DNA of 14,994 nucleotides from contig JAYEOM010000055.1 of assembly GCA_034722955.1 (NCBI GenBank), positions 1-14,994 on the forward strand. Reading direction: 5' to 3'. The notes beneath the pieces were generated by a model that searched no databases, was not told the origin of the DNA, and saw only the letters and a list, made by a program, of their open reading frames with translations. The position numbers and the translations under genes are program-made. This document shows, one piece after another, positions 1 to 7,982 of this stretch. Source of the DNA: Campylobacterota bacterium. GTDB taxonomy: Bacteria; Campylobacterota; Campylobacteria; Campylobacterales; Sulfurovaceae. Each line of letters starts with the position of its first letter. Position 1 is the first letter of the stretch.

Positions 1-645
1 TAATATAAATGGCAAAAGTGTATTGTACTCTCTGTCTCCGGCATCACCTAATCCAGGGATGATATACTTATCGTCATTGAGTCCTTCATCTATCTGGGCG
101 ATATATATATCAAGTTCCTCATAGGCATCTGTTACACACTTGAGACCTTCCGGTGATCCTATGATATTGAGTGAGATGATCTTGGATGCTCCGTGATCTT
201 TTAGTATCTCCATCGCATCTATGAGTGAGCCACCGGTGGCTATCATAGGGTCTACGAGAATGATCTGTTTTCCACGGCACTCAGGGAGGCGGTCATAATA
301 GAGCTTTGATCTATGTGTTGTCTCATCGCGTTTGATAGCCAAAAATCCTGCCTGTGCCTCTGGAAATAGCTCCATCATCGCCTCTAGCATCGGCAATCCT
401 GCACGCAAAACAGTGACAATCACAATACTGCTCTCATCGAGATAATCAAAAGAGTTATCTCCCTGCCAAGTCGGTACTATCTTTGGCTGCAAGGTAGAGG
501 AGTTGAGTGCGGCATCAGCGAGCAGAAGAGTGAGGTTTTTGACCATATGCCGAAACTGTGATGCCTCCATTCGTTCATCTCTCAGAGTGTTTACAAAGTG
601 AGTGGATAGTGATGTGTTGATCTCATGTATTTTGGAGTGATTCAT
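1..645 (-). CDS. upp: Uracil phosphoribosyltransferase (3' end runs off the window; not in the ORF track)
   Basis: Manual translation from ATG at 645: MNHSKIHEINTSLSTHFVNTLRDERMEASQFRHMVK...VTVLRAGLPM...AGFLAIKRDETT...YYDRLP...IILVDPMIATGGS...IYIAQIDEGLNDDKYIIPGLGDAGDREYNT. It contains the LRAG, PRPP-binding DPMxATGGS and PGLGDAGDR signatures. AGGAG SD lies upstream, and the ATG overlaps the helicase TGA (ATGA). The frame is open to position 1. Confidence 0.95.
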   Translation of the reverse strand, partial: MNHSKIHEINTSLSTHFVNTLRDERMEASQFRHMVKNLTLLLADAALNSSTLQPKIVPTWQGDNSFDYLDESSIVIVTVLRAGLPMLEAMMELFPEAQAGFLAIKRDETTHRSKLYYDRLPECRGKQIILVDPMIATGGSLIDAMEILKDHGASKIISLNIIGSPEGLKCVTDAYEELDIYIAQIDEGLNDDKYIIPGLGDAGDREYNTLLPFIL

Positions 646-3443
646 CGTCTTCTCCTGCTTCGATATGTTTTGTCTCCTCTATTTCTGCTGCCTCTACTGT
701 GACAGCTGTCACATATAGAAAATCTATAACTAAAGTCAAGTATCTTGCCGCATCTACGGCATTTTTTGACAAAGTGACCCTTTTGGAGTGAGTTCTCTAT
801 GAAGTGATTGAGTCTTACTCTTGCATCGATAGCCTTTTGGGTATCTCTGAAAAAGTCTGGAAACTTAAATGATAGCCAGAGGTAGAGTGAGATCTCTCTT
901 ACGCGATCTTCTGCATTGAGTAGCATATCATTGGTTTGTGCAAAAGCCGGTAGATCTCGCGGAGGGATATATAGTACCTCAGAACCCTTCTCTATGTTGC
1001 GTATATATCGGTGAAATACAGACTCTATATATGGAGAGGAGATGCTCGCCGGTGCACAGCTGAGATGGTATCTTGTCCTTAGATCCAGAGCGTACTCATC
1101 TACGATGGATGCTATCTCTAGCATCGACTCTATATTGGCCGCTTCAAATGGACCGTCAAACTCCATATTGTCTGCAAAAAAGGTGAGGATATCCATCAGA
1201 GTATCTCTCTCTAGTATCTCCCCTATGAGCAGTACATGCTCCAAGCTTGCCATCACACTAAAGGGGAGTTCTATATCAGTGAGTGGTGTATGAAACTGTC
1301 TGGATATAGTCTGTAGTGAAGCATCATCAAGTGTCCCTACAAAACCAGCCTCCTCTATGCCGTAGCGTCCTGCACGACCAGAGATCTGCAGTACCTCTGA
1401 TGGAGTTAACTCTCTGCGTCTCAAGCCATCAAATTTATTGTCTTTGGCAAATAGGATCGTCTTTATAGGCAGGTTGAGTCCCATCGCTATGGCATCAGTA
1501 GCTACTAGGATATCACTCTCACCTTCACGAAACCGTCTCGCCTCTTCTCGGCGTACTTCTGGTGAGAGATTTCCATAGACTACAGATACACGATAGTTGG
1601 ATGAGAGCTGTTGCTTGAGAGAGAGGACTTCACGACGGGAAAATGCGACAACAGCACTCTGTCTCTCTACTTTGTTGAGTGGAGTAGGGTTCTTTAGCAG
1701 TGTGAGTGGAGTCATCCTCTCGAAAGAGATCACCTCTAGCTCTTCTCCTAGGTAGTCACACAGCTCTATGACTGCTTGCAGTGCATTGGAGGATCCTGTC
1801 AGTATGATGGTCTTTGCCGGTGCTCCTATGAGTGCATTGGCCCAAGCCCAGCCTCTATCTCTGTCGTTGATCATCTGTATCTCATCTATGACACAGACCT
1901 CTACATCCACACTACTGTTGAGCATCTCGACAGTAGAGGAGATATGAGTAGACTCCTCATCTATGATCTCCTCTTCACCTGTGATCAGGGAGATATGCAG
2001 ACCATCTGCTTTGAGAGTTTCATACCCTTCAAGTGCCAGCAGTCGAAGTGGAGCTAGGTAGTATCCTGTATCTGCTGATTTTAGTTTCTCCAGAGCAGCG
2101 TATGTCTTTCCACTGTTGGTGGGACCTACATGAAAGATGATCTCTCTCTTGAGGCTTCTAGCTAGAGGAAAGAGATTTTTGAAGTCTCGTATGGTCTTCG
2201 CTAGCAACTCCTCTCGCATGCGTCTCTCTTTGAGTGGTTTGAGGTATTCGCCAAAGTGATAGAGGATACGCCTCCTGCTCTTATCTTTGATCTTTAGTGT
2301 TCTGGAGGTTTTGATCTGAGGTGCCAGAAACTGTATGATGAGTGACTCTATCTTGGATTTGGGTATATCCAACCCTAACGAAAGTTCAAGCATATGATCA
2401 TAGAGTGCATCTATGGCAAGTTTGAAATGGGTATGCAGCTCTTCGTTAATCCTGTTGAAATCTTCAGCGATCGGAAGCTCATCTCCTCTCCATATCGCTG
2501 AAAAGAGGAGTTCTTTGGTGTATGAGAGAGAGATCTTGTACTCTAGCTCCTCCCCAAACATAGTCAACATTTTTGATTTTTCGATGATGAAGTGATCGAT
2601 ACTCTCAAAAAGTTCATATCTATTATTGATACTAAGTAAAATCTTATCTAGCAGATCAAAGGAGAGTGGTATATGGTATAGATCTGTATCTGGCTGCATC
2701 TGTTTGATATGTCTGATCATCTGATCTTGGGAGAGCCAAGGGTGATCTTGTTGGGTGTGAGTTATGAAGGTATCTATGGACTTTTGTCTCTCTGTGATAG
2801 TTTTGCTCTTTTCATCTCTCAGCTGCTCGATGATCACTGCATCATCAAGCTCCCAGAGATCATCCATCGCAAGTGCTGCAGAGTGTGTTAGCAGTAGCTT
2901 GGTGAAGTCAACCTCACGCATCCCAAAATGATAGCTTTGATAAAACTCCATCTCATTGAGTGTATTGAACGATACTTCCAGTGCCTCTTCTAGTAACCTA
3001 AAGCGGCTCTGCAAGCGTATATAAGTCAGCTTCTGCCAAATCTTCTCTTCTGTTATTTTGGAACTTTTGGTCTCTATGAATGATTCGAGTATTCTGCTCT
3101 CCTCCTCTCTGCTATGCTCTATATCTTCGAGAAACATCAAGATCTTTCCTACCTTGTCTAGAGGTTTTGCTTTGATAGGGATCTCCTCTCTGCTCTCATC
3201 GATCGATAGATGACGAATGATATGTTCTCTGAGTACATGATCACCCTCACTCCATGCTCTGCGTAGTCCGCGTATCATCTCATCTCGCGAGAGTGAGGGA
3301 AGCTCAAGCTCCAAGAGCATAGAGAGTGCTACTAGTCTCTCGTCATCGAGTGTAGCTATCCCCTCATCAAAAGGGAGACCATCAAAGTAGTTGCGTATTT
3401 TATTGTTGAGTTTTATGAGGTATTTTCTTTTTTTCTTTGCCAT
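642..3443 (-). CDS. SUV3-like SF2 ATP-dependent RNA/DNA helicase with long N-terminal extension and C-terminal Cys4 motif
   Basis: 933-aa ORF with SUV3-family motifs: FPLAR, GPTNSGKT (Walker A), APLRLLA, DEIQM..DRDRGWAW, VAFSR, YGNLSPEVR, ATDAIAMGLNLPI, QISGRAGR. The C-terminus has CRRC-x12-CDSC and an Arg-rich tail. Confidence 0.9.
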   Translation of the reverse strand: MAKKKRKYLIKLNNKIRNYFDGLPFDEGIATLDDERLVALSMLLELELPSLSRDEMIRGLRRAWSEGDHVLREHIIRHLSIDESREEIPIKAKPLDKVGKILMFLEDIEHSREEESRILESFIETKSSKITEEKIWQKLTYIRLQSRFRLLEEALEVSFNTLNEMEFYQSYHFGMREVDFTKLLLTHSAALAMDDLWELDDAVIIEQLRDEKSKTITERQKSIDTFITHTQQDHPWLSQDQMIRHIKQMQPDTDLYHIPLSFDLLDKILLSINNRYELFESIDHFIIEKSKMLTMFGEELEYKISLSYTKELLFSAIWRGDELPIAEDFNRINEELHTHFKLAIDALYDHMLELSLGLDIPKSKIESLIIQFLAPQIKTSRTLKIKDKSRRRILYHFGEYLKPLKERRMREELLAKTIRDFKNLFPLARSLKREIIFHVGPTNSGKTYAALEKLKSADTGYYLAPLRLLALEGYETLKADGLHISLITGEEEIIDEESTHISSTVEMLNSSVDVEVCVIDEIQMINDRDRGWAWANALIGAPAKTIILTGSSNALQAVIELCDYLGEELEVISFERMTPLTLLKNPTPLNKVERQSAVVAFSRREVLSLKQQLSSNYRVSVVYGNLSPEVRREEARRFREGESDILVATDAIAMGLNLPIKTILFAKDNKFDGLRRRELTPSEVLQISGRAGRYGIEEAGFVGTLDDASLQTISRQFHTPLTDIELPFSVMASLEHVLLIGEILERDTLMDILTFFADNMEFDGPFEAANIESMLEIASIVDEYALDLRTRYHLSCAPASISSPYIESVFHRYIRNIEKGSEVLYIPPRDLPAFAQTNDMLLNAEDRVREISLYLWLSFKFPDFFRDTQKAIDARVRLNHFIENSLQKGHFVKKCRRCGKILDFSYRFSICDSCHSRGSRNRGDKTYRSRRRR

Positions 3444-3449
3444 AAAGCA

Positions 3450-3458
3450 AGTATAGCA
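3450..3458 (-). promoter_or_regulatory. Putative extended -10 promoter (TGcTATACT) positioned for a leaderless helicase mRNA
   Basis: The minus strand reads ...aaataTGcTATACTtgctttATG: extended -10, a 6-nt spacer, then the start codon at 3443. There is no SD sequence at a usable distance from the ATG. Confidence 0.6.
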
Positions 3459-3475
3459 TATTTCATCAACATTAG

Positions 3476-4888
3476 TTAGTCAAGAGAGTAATAAATATCC
3501 AGATACTCTTCTGCACTCTTATCAAAGGATACATCACAGTGCATATTGTGTTGGGCTTTTAGTGTGAAATCATTGGAGGATTTATATAGTATGAGTGCTC
3601 GCTCTACCGCTCGGGTTAAACTATCTGGTTCTAAAGTCTCTATAGCTATACCTCGACCACAGATGGATGATGATAGGTCATCTATATCTATGATCGTATC
3701 ATATAATCCACCTACACGATGTACGATAGGGAGTGTACCGTAACGCAGAGAGATCAACTGATTGAGACCGCATGGCTCAAACGAGGAGGGCATCAGTAGA
3801 AAATCAGCAGAAGCATACATATTGTGAGAGAGGGACTCATCATATCCAAAAAGTACAGATAGGTTTGGATACTCTCTAGCTATATCTAGCATCTTCTCTG
3901 CCATAGTTGGGTCTCCCTCACCAAGAATAGCAATATTGAGTTCCATATTTAAGAGTTTGGGCAGGGTTTGGATGATGATATCAACCCCCTTCTGCCCTGT
4001 AAAGCGTCCTATAAAGATAAATAGTGCTCTTTTAGCGTACTCCAGACCACTCTTTTTGCAAAATGTATACTTATTTATCTTTTTATATTTTAATGTACCA
4101 GAGTGGTAGTTTTGAGTTATTGTCAGATCACTCTTGGGATTAAATAGTAGAGTATCTATACCATTTAAAATACCATACAGTTTATGCTGATAAACTCTCA
4201 AAAATCCATCAAGTCCACATCCAAAGTGTGGTTGCAGTATCTCTCTGGCATAACGAGGACTGACAGTAGTGACGGCATCACTATATGCGATACCAGCCTT
4301 CATATAGTTTATATCTCCCCAATACTCTATCTCATCAGGCTTGAAGTAAGAGGAGTCCAACCCTAATATTTTCATCGTTGTTTGCGGATAGATACCCTGA
4401 AAAGCTAGATTGTGGATCGTAAAAACAGTATGGAGTTTGGGGTTTATCTCTCTTGACCATAGTGCTGCTAGAGCAGTATGCCAGTCATTGAGATGCAGCA
4501 GATCCACGGCATAGAGTTGAGAGAGAGTCACCAGTGCTTTCGAAAAGATTCCAAAACGCAGATCATTGTTAGGGTAGTCTCCATGCTCATTACCATATGG
4601 TGCTTGATAACAGCACAGAAGAGGCTCATATAGAAATAGGGTTTCTACTCCTTGGTTGTAGCCTTGATATAGAGCTATTTTATAGTAGTTTTTACCTAGT
4701 TTGACCCACATGAACTGATCTAAAGATGAGATCCCAAAGTGAGTACGATCTATAAAGTCATAGAGTGGCATCACAGAGAGTACCTCTATAGATTTGGCCA
4801 GAGCTCTAGGGAGTGCCTGTGCTACATCAGCGAGACCACCTGTTTTGGCATAGGGATAGATCTCTGCCGAAGCAAAGAGAAGTTTCAT
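3476..4888 (-). CDS. glgA: Glycogen synthase (GT5)
   Basis: 470 aa with KTGGLADV, HLNDWHT, TIHNLAFQG, TTVSPRYA, GILNGID, GRFTGQKG and PSSFEPCGLNQL motifs intact. The start directly follows the galT-like stop (TAAATG). Confidence 0.95.
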   Translation of the reverse strand: MKLLFASAEIYPYAKTGGLADVAQALPRALAKSIEVLSVMPLYDFIDRTHFGISSLDQFMWVKLGKNYYKIALYQGYNQGVETLFLYEPLLCCYQAPYGNEHGDYPNNDLRFGIFSKALVTLSQLYAVDLLHLNDWHTALAALWSREINPKLHTVFTIHNLAFQGIYPQTTMKILGLDSSYFKPDEIEYWGDINYMKAGIAYSDAVTTVSPRYAREILQPHFGCGLDGFLRVYQHKLYGILNGIDTLLFNPKSDLTITQNYHSGTLKYKKINKYTFCKKSGLEYAKRALFIFIGRFTGQKGVDIIIQTLPKLLNMELNIAILGEGDPTMAEKMLDIAREYPNLSVLFGYDESLSHNMYASADFLLMPSSFEPCGLNQLISLRYGTLPIVHRVGGLYDTIIDIDDLSSSICGRGIAIETLEPDSLTRAVERALILYKSSNDFTLKAQHNMHCDVSFDKSAEEYLDIYYSLD

Positions 4889-5908
4889 TTAGATCTTTGC
4901 CTTACGCAGTAGCTTTGCTGCCTCTTCCGGAGTAACGGGATTGATGAGCATGCCTGTAGATAGTTCAAAGCCTCCCAATCGATATATTCGCGGCATAATA
5001 CGAATAGTCATGCGATAGTATTTTTTGAGGTGAGGGAAATAGATCTCATTTTCAAAATTACTATTGAGAGGTGCCATTTTGAAGGCAAGGTTGTAGTCAA
5101 AATCCTCCAACTGAAAATCTAAACGCTCAAAGACATCTTTCATGAGATAAGCCAAATCTGCAATATCATCACGGTTGAGATCATCGAGTGAACAGATAGT
5201 CCTCCTCGGTGCGATTATCACCTCAAAAGGAAAGCTCGAAGCGTAAGGGCAAAATGCAGTAAAATCACCTCTTTGGGATACTACTCTGCTCTTAACAAGT
5301 CGTTCATTTTCCAATATATCTTCTACTTTTCCGCGTCCATGTCTGCGGTAGTACTGTAGCTCTCTCTCCATAAGCCTGAGTGCATCATGGGGCATGATGG
5401 GAAGTGCTATGATCTGTGTATGCGGGTGCTGTTGCGTTGCACCTGCACACTGACCATGATTTTTAAAAACACTCACATAGATCAATCGCTTGTCATGGCG
5501 AAGATCGGCAATACGCGTTGAGATAGCTGATAGCCACTCCCCTATATGAGATACTTTCATGTTTGACATACGACAGTCATGTATAGGAGTATCGATGACA
5601 ATCTCATGTGCTCCTACACCAGGTCTAGACTCAAACATACCATCTACTTGCGAATGATCCTCCAGCTCAATCTGTACCGCTTTGTAGAGATTGGGTACTA
5701 TACGGACACTCCAGTGACTTGTATCTGCTTCATTGTCTCTAATGGCATAGATCTCCGGAGGTGTCATCTCCTCATGCCCCTCGCAAAATGGACAAGATTT
5801 TTCGAAACTATGTTTTGATTTTTTGGATAGTGTATCGGGTCGTCTCATACGCTCTGGTGCTATCAGAACATAGTGGTCATGTATTCTATCTCTTCGGATC
5901 TCAGACAT
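4889..5908 (-). CDS. galT: GalT-family (HIT superfamily) hexose-1-phosphate nucleotidyltransferase; substrate uncertain
   Basis: 339 aa with N-terminal RMRRP, Zn-binding CPFC, NLY, GAHEIVI, FKNHG..AGA, catalytic HPHTQ, and C-terminal GGFELSTG..INPVTPEEAA. SD AGAGG lies upstream. Confidence 0.8.
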   Translation of the reverse strand: MSEIRRDRIHDHYVLIAPERMRRPDTLSKKSKHSFEKSCPFCEGHEEMTPPEIYAIRDNEADTSHWSVRIVPNLYKAVQIELEDHSQVDGMFESRPGVGAHEIVIDTPIHDCRMSNMKVSHIGEWLSAISTRIADLRHDKRLIYVSVFKNHGQCAGATQQHPHTQIIALPIMPHDALRLMERELQYYRRHGRGKVEDILENERLVKSRVVSQRGDFTAFCPYASSFPFEVIIAPRRTICSLDDLNRDDIADLAYLMKDVFERLDFQLEDFDYNLAFKMAPLNSNFENEIYFPHLKKYYRMTIRIMPRIYRLGGFELSTGMLINPVTPEEAAKLLRKAKI

Positions 5909-5929
5909 ATTTTTCCTCTATTTTATGCA

Positions 5930-7981
5930 TCAGACAAACCAGTTTTCTGCATAGGTTGTCTCTAGATTTATTTCAAGCTCTCCATACCCTGGAAGTGTTT
6001 GGATAATGATACCGTCCCGTTCGATCTCAAAACGAAGTTGAATATTTATAGCATCAACTGCTTCAAAATCGATACTGAGTTCAAACCAAGTTTTGCAAGC
6101 GACTTCGAGCTGTATACCATGGGATCTCTTATTGAAAGCCTTGGTACTGCATAGTGTTGAGAGATGGATATCAAACCGTGTATCAAAAGGCTCTATACGG
6201 ATATGTAGCTTATCACACTTCTGCAGAGCAGACATATCTCCCTCAAAGGCACAAAATATCTTCTTGTTGCTTTGACCAAATCGTATAGATTCGATCGGAC
6301 CGCGAACTCTATCCATAGTAGAGAATAGTTTTGTCTCATCTACAACTCCACTCCCTACCCACTCAAAAAATGAGTTTTGTTGACCATCTATTGTCGGTTC
6401 AATAGGAAATTTAGGTTGCAGAAGAAAGTCAACGCCACTTCGATCAGAGATGATAGGAGTATATAGATCATTTGGTGGTGATATCTTCATCAATAGATAG
6501 ATCTCTATGAGATGTGACCTGAAAAGTTCATCAAATTCAGCACCAAATTCAGTAACATGATCATCACCGTACCACCAAAACCAGTCAGAGCATTGGGCTG
6601 CAAGGAAGTGACTCTCTATCTTCTCCCTGACTCCACCCTCAAGACGCTTTTGGTGGTGTCTATAATCGCGTTTTGTCATATAGATCAACTCCCAGCCTCG
6701 TGTCTTTTCGGGATGCCCAACCCATGTGTTGAACTCTCCGTGTATCCAGCTTCCTGGTGCCAAGTAGGAGAGCTCTTTAGCCTCCTTCTGTGCTATTTGA
6801 TCCATCCCCAACATACTGCACCACTTGGTTTGTGCAAGTTTTCGATAGAGAGCATCAAAGAAATCAAAACCATTATTATGATAGAACTCCCAGGCGTTTT
6901 CACCATCAAGGATGACAAAAACTGTACGGTTATTACCATCTTTTGCTATAGAGTGCAGGGCAGAGACAAAGTGGTCTGCTGCACGCCCAGCTTCCCAGAA
7001 ACGATAGGTAAATCCCAATAGATCACTGAGACCATGATCGCGAAATCCTATAGTAAGTCCATTGTGTTTATATGGATAGTAGATTACATCGCGTTGATAA
7101 GTGCCTAGAGATTTGAACAGGATAGCTTCATCTGTAGCTATCCATTTGAGTCCCGCGTCACGGTATAGCTCGGTCGTTCTTTCGTCTACTGCCCCCTCCG
7201 CAGGCCAAAACCCTACAGGATCATGACCGAAAGTCTCTCTAAAGAGATGCTGAGCTTTAGATATTTGAAGCTTAGCATCATTTTCAAGAGATAGAGGGTG
7301 CTCAGGGATATTGGTACCGGGATGTGCTATCTGGGCACTATTCATATCTATAAGTAGAGGCAAGATAGGGTGGTTCAGAGGTGTTGTGGATAGTGATATG
7401 GTTCCATCTTGTTGAAGCAGAGCATAATAGGGGAAAATCATACCGATAAAATCACCAAGTATCTGAAGCAATACACTCTTCTGGTCACATCCAAAATGAC
7501 CATTTGAGTTTAGCATCTTTTGGATAGTTGCGTGGTGTGTGCGTATATAGTTACCACACCAAGCGAGAATAAACCATACTCCCATATCGCAAAGCTCATC
7601 ATCGTTATAGTACTCCAGATGATAAAGATGACGATAGGGCTCTATAGGCTCTATCATCGTATCATATGGTGCACTTTTGTACATTTTGATCATCCACTGG
7701 CGATCTGTCTCATTGATCTCAGATGGGTGCTGAACCCAAAGGGTAAAAAAACGATCATGTTTTACGATATCTTCTGCATAGAGATTGATCTGTTCGATCA
7801 GGGGAGGGGTGATGTTGAAAGTTGCTTTGAGTCCCTTGTGGCGTGCAAGCATCCAAGGCATATCGTAATAATCCTTGATAGCATGCAGAAAAACCCAAGG
7901 CATCTGCATGATACCTGAAGCATCACGGTAGTCAGGTTGATGCATATGCCATACAAAACTTAGATCTAAAGTATGACTCAT
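5930..7981 (-). CDS. Glycoside hydrolase family 57, amylopullulanase-like
   Basis: 683 aa with GH57 conserved regions WHMHQP, HPILPLL, GFWPAEGAV (Glu nucleophile), ILDGENAWEFY (Asp acid/base), GSWI and SDWFWWYG. There is no obvious signal peptide, and an extra C-terminal domain of about 170 aa is present. Confidence 0.88.
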   Translation of the reverse strand: MSHTLDLSFVWHMHQPDYRDASGIMQMPWVFLHAIKDYYDMPWMLARHKGLKATFNITPPLIEQINLYAEDIVKHDRFFTLWVQHPSEINETDRQWMIKMYKSAPYDTMIEPIEPYRHLYHLEYYNDDELCDMGVWFILAWCGNYIRTHHATIQKMLNSNGHFGCDQKSVLLQILGDFIGMIFPYYALLQQDGTISLSTTPLNHPILPLLIDMNSAQIAHPGTNIPEHPLSLENDAKLQISKAQHLFRETFGHDPVGFWPAEGAVDERTTELYRDAGLKWIATDEAILFKSLGTYQRDVIYYPYKHNGLTIGFRDHGLSDLLGFTYRFWEAGRAADHFVSALHSIAKDGNNRTVFVILDGENAWEFYHNNGFDFFDALYRKLAQTKWCSMLGMDQIAQKEAKELSYLAPGSWIHGEFNTWVGHPEKTRGWELIYMTKRDYRHHQKRLEGGVREKIESHFLAAQCSDWFWWYGDDHVTEFGAEFDELFRSHLIEIYLLMKISPPNDLYTPIISDRSGVDFLLQPKFPIEPTIDGQQNSFFEWVGSGVVDETKLFSTMDRVRGPIESIRFGQSNKKIFCAFEGDMSALQKCDKLHIRIEPFDTRFDIHLSTLCSTKAFNKRSHGIQLEVACKTWFELSIDFEAVDAINIQLRFEIERDGIIIQTLPGYGELEINLETTYAENWFV

Positions 7982-7982
7982 G

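Noticed and set aside
1..36. Upp C-terminus DREYNTLLPFIL continuing without a stop
   Set aside because: The window edge hides the end, so an extension or fusion cannot be assessed.
4010..4210. Locally AT-rich stretch in glgA suggesting foreign origin or decay
   Set aside because: The frame and catalytic motifs are intact. The stretch encodes a variable Lys/Tyr/Asn-rich linker.
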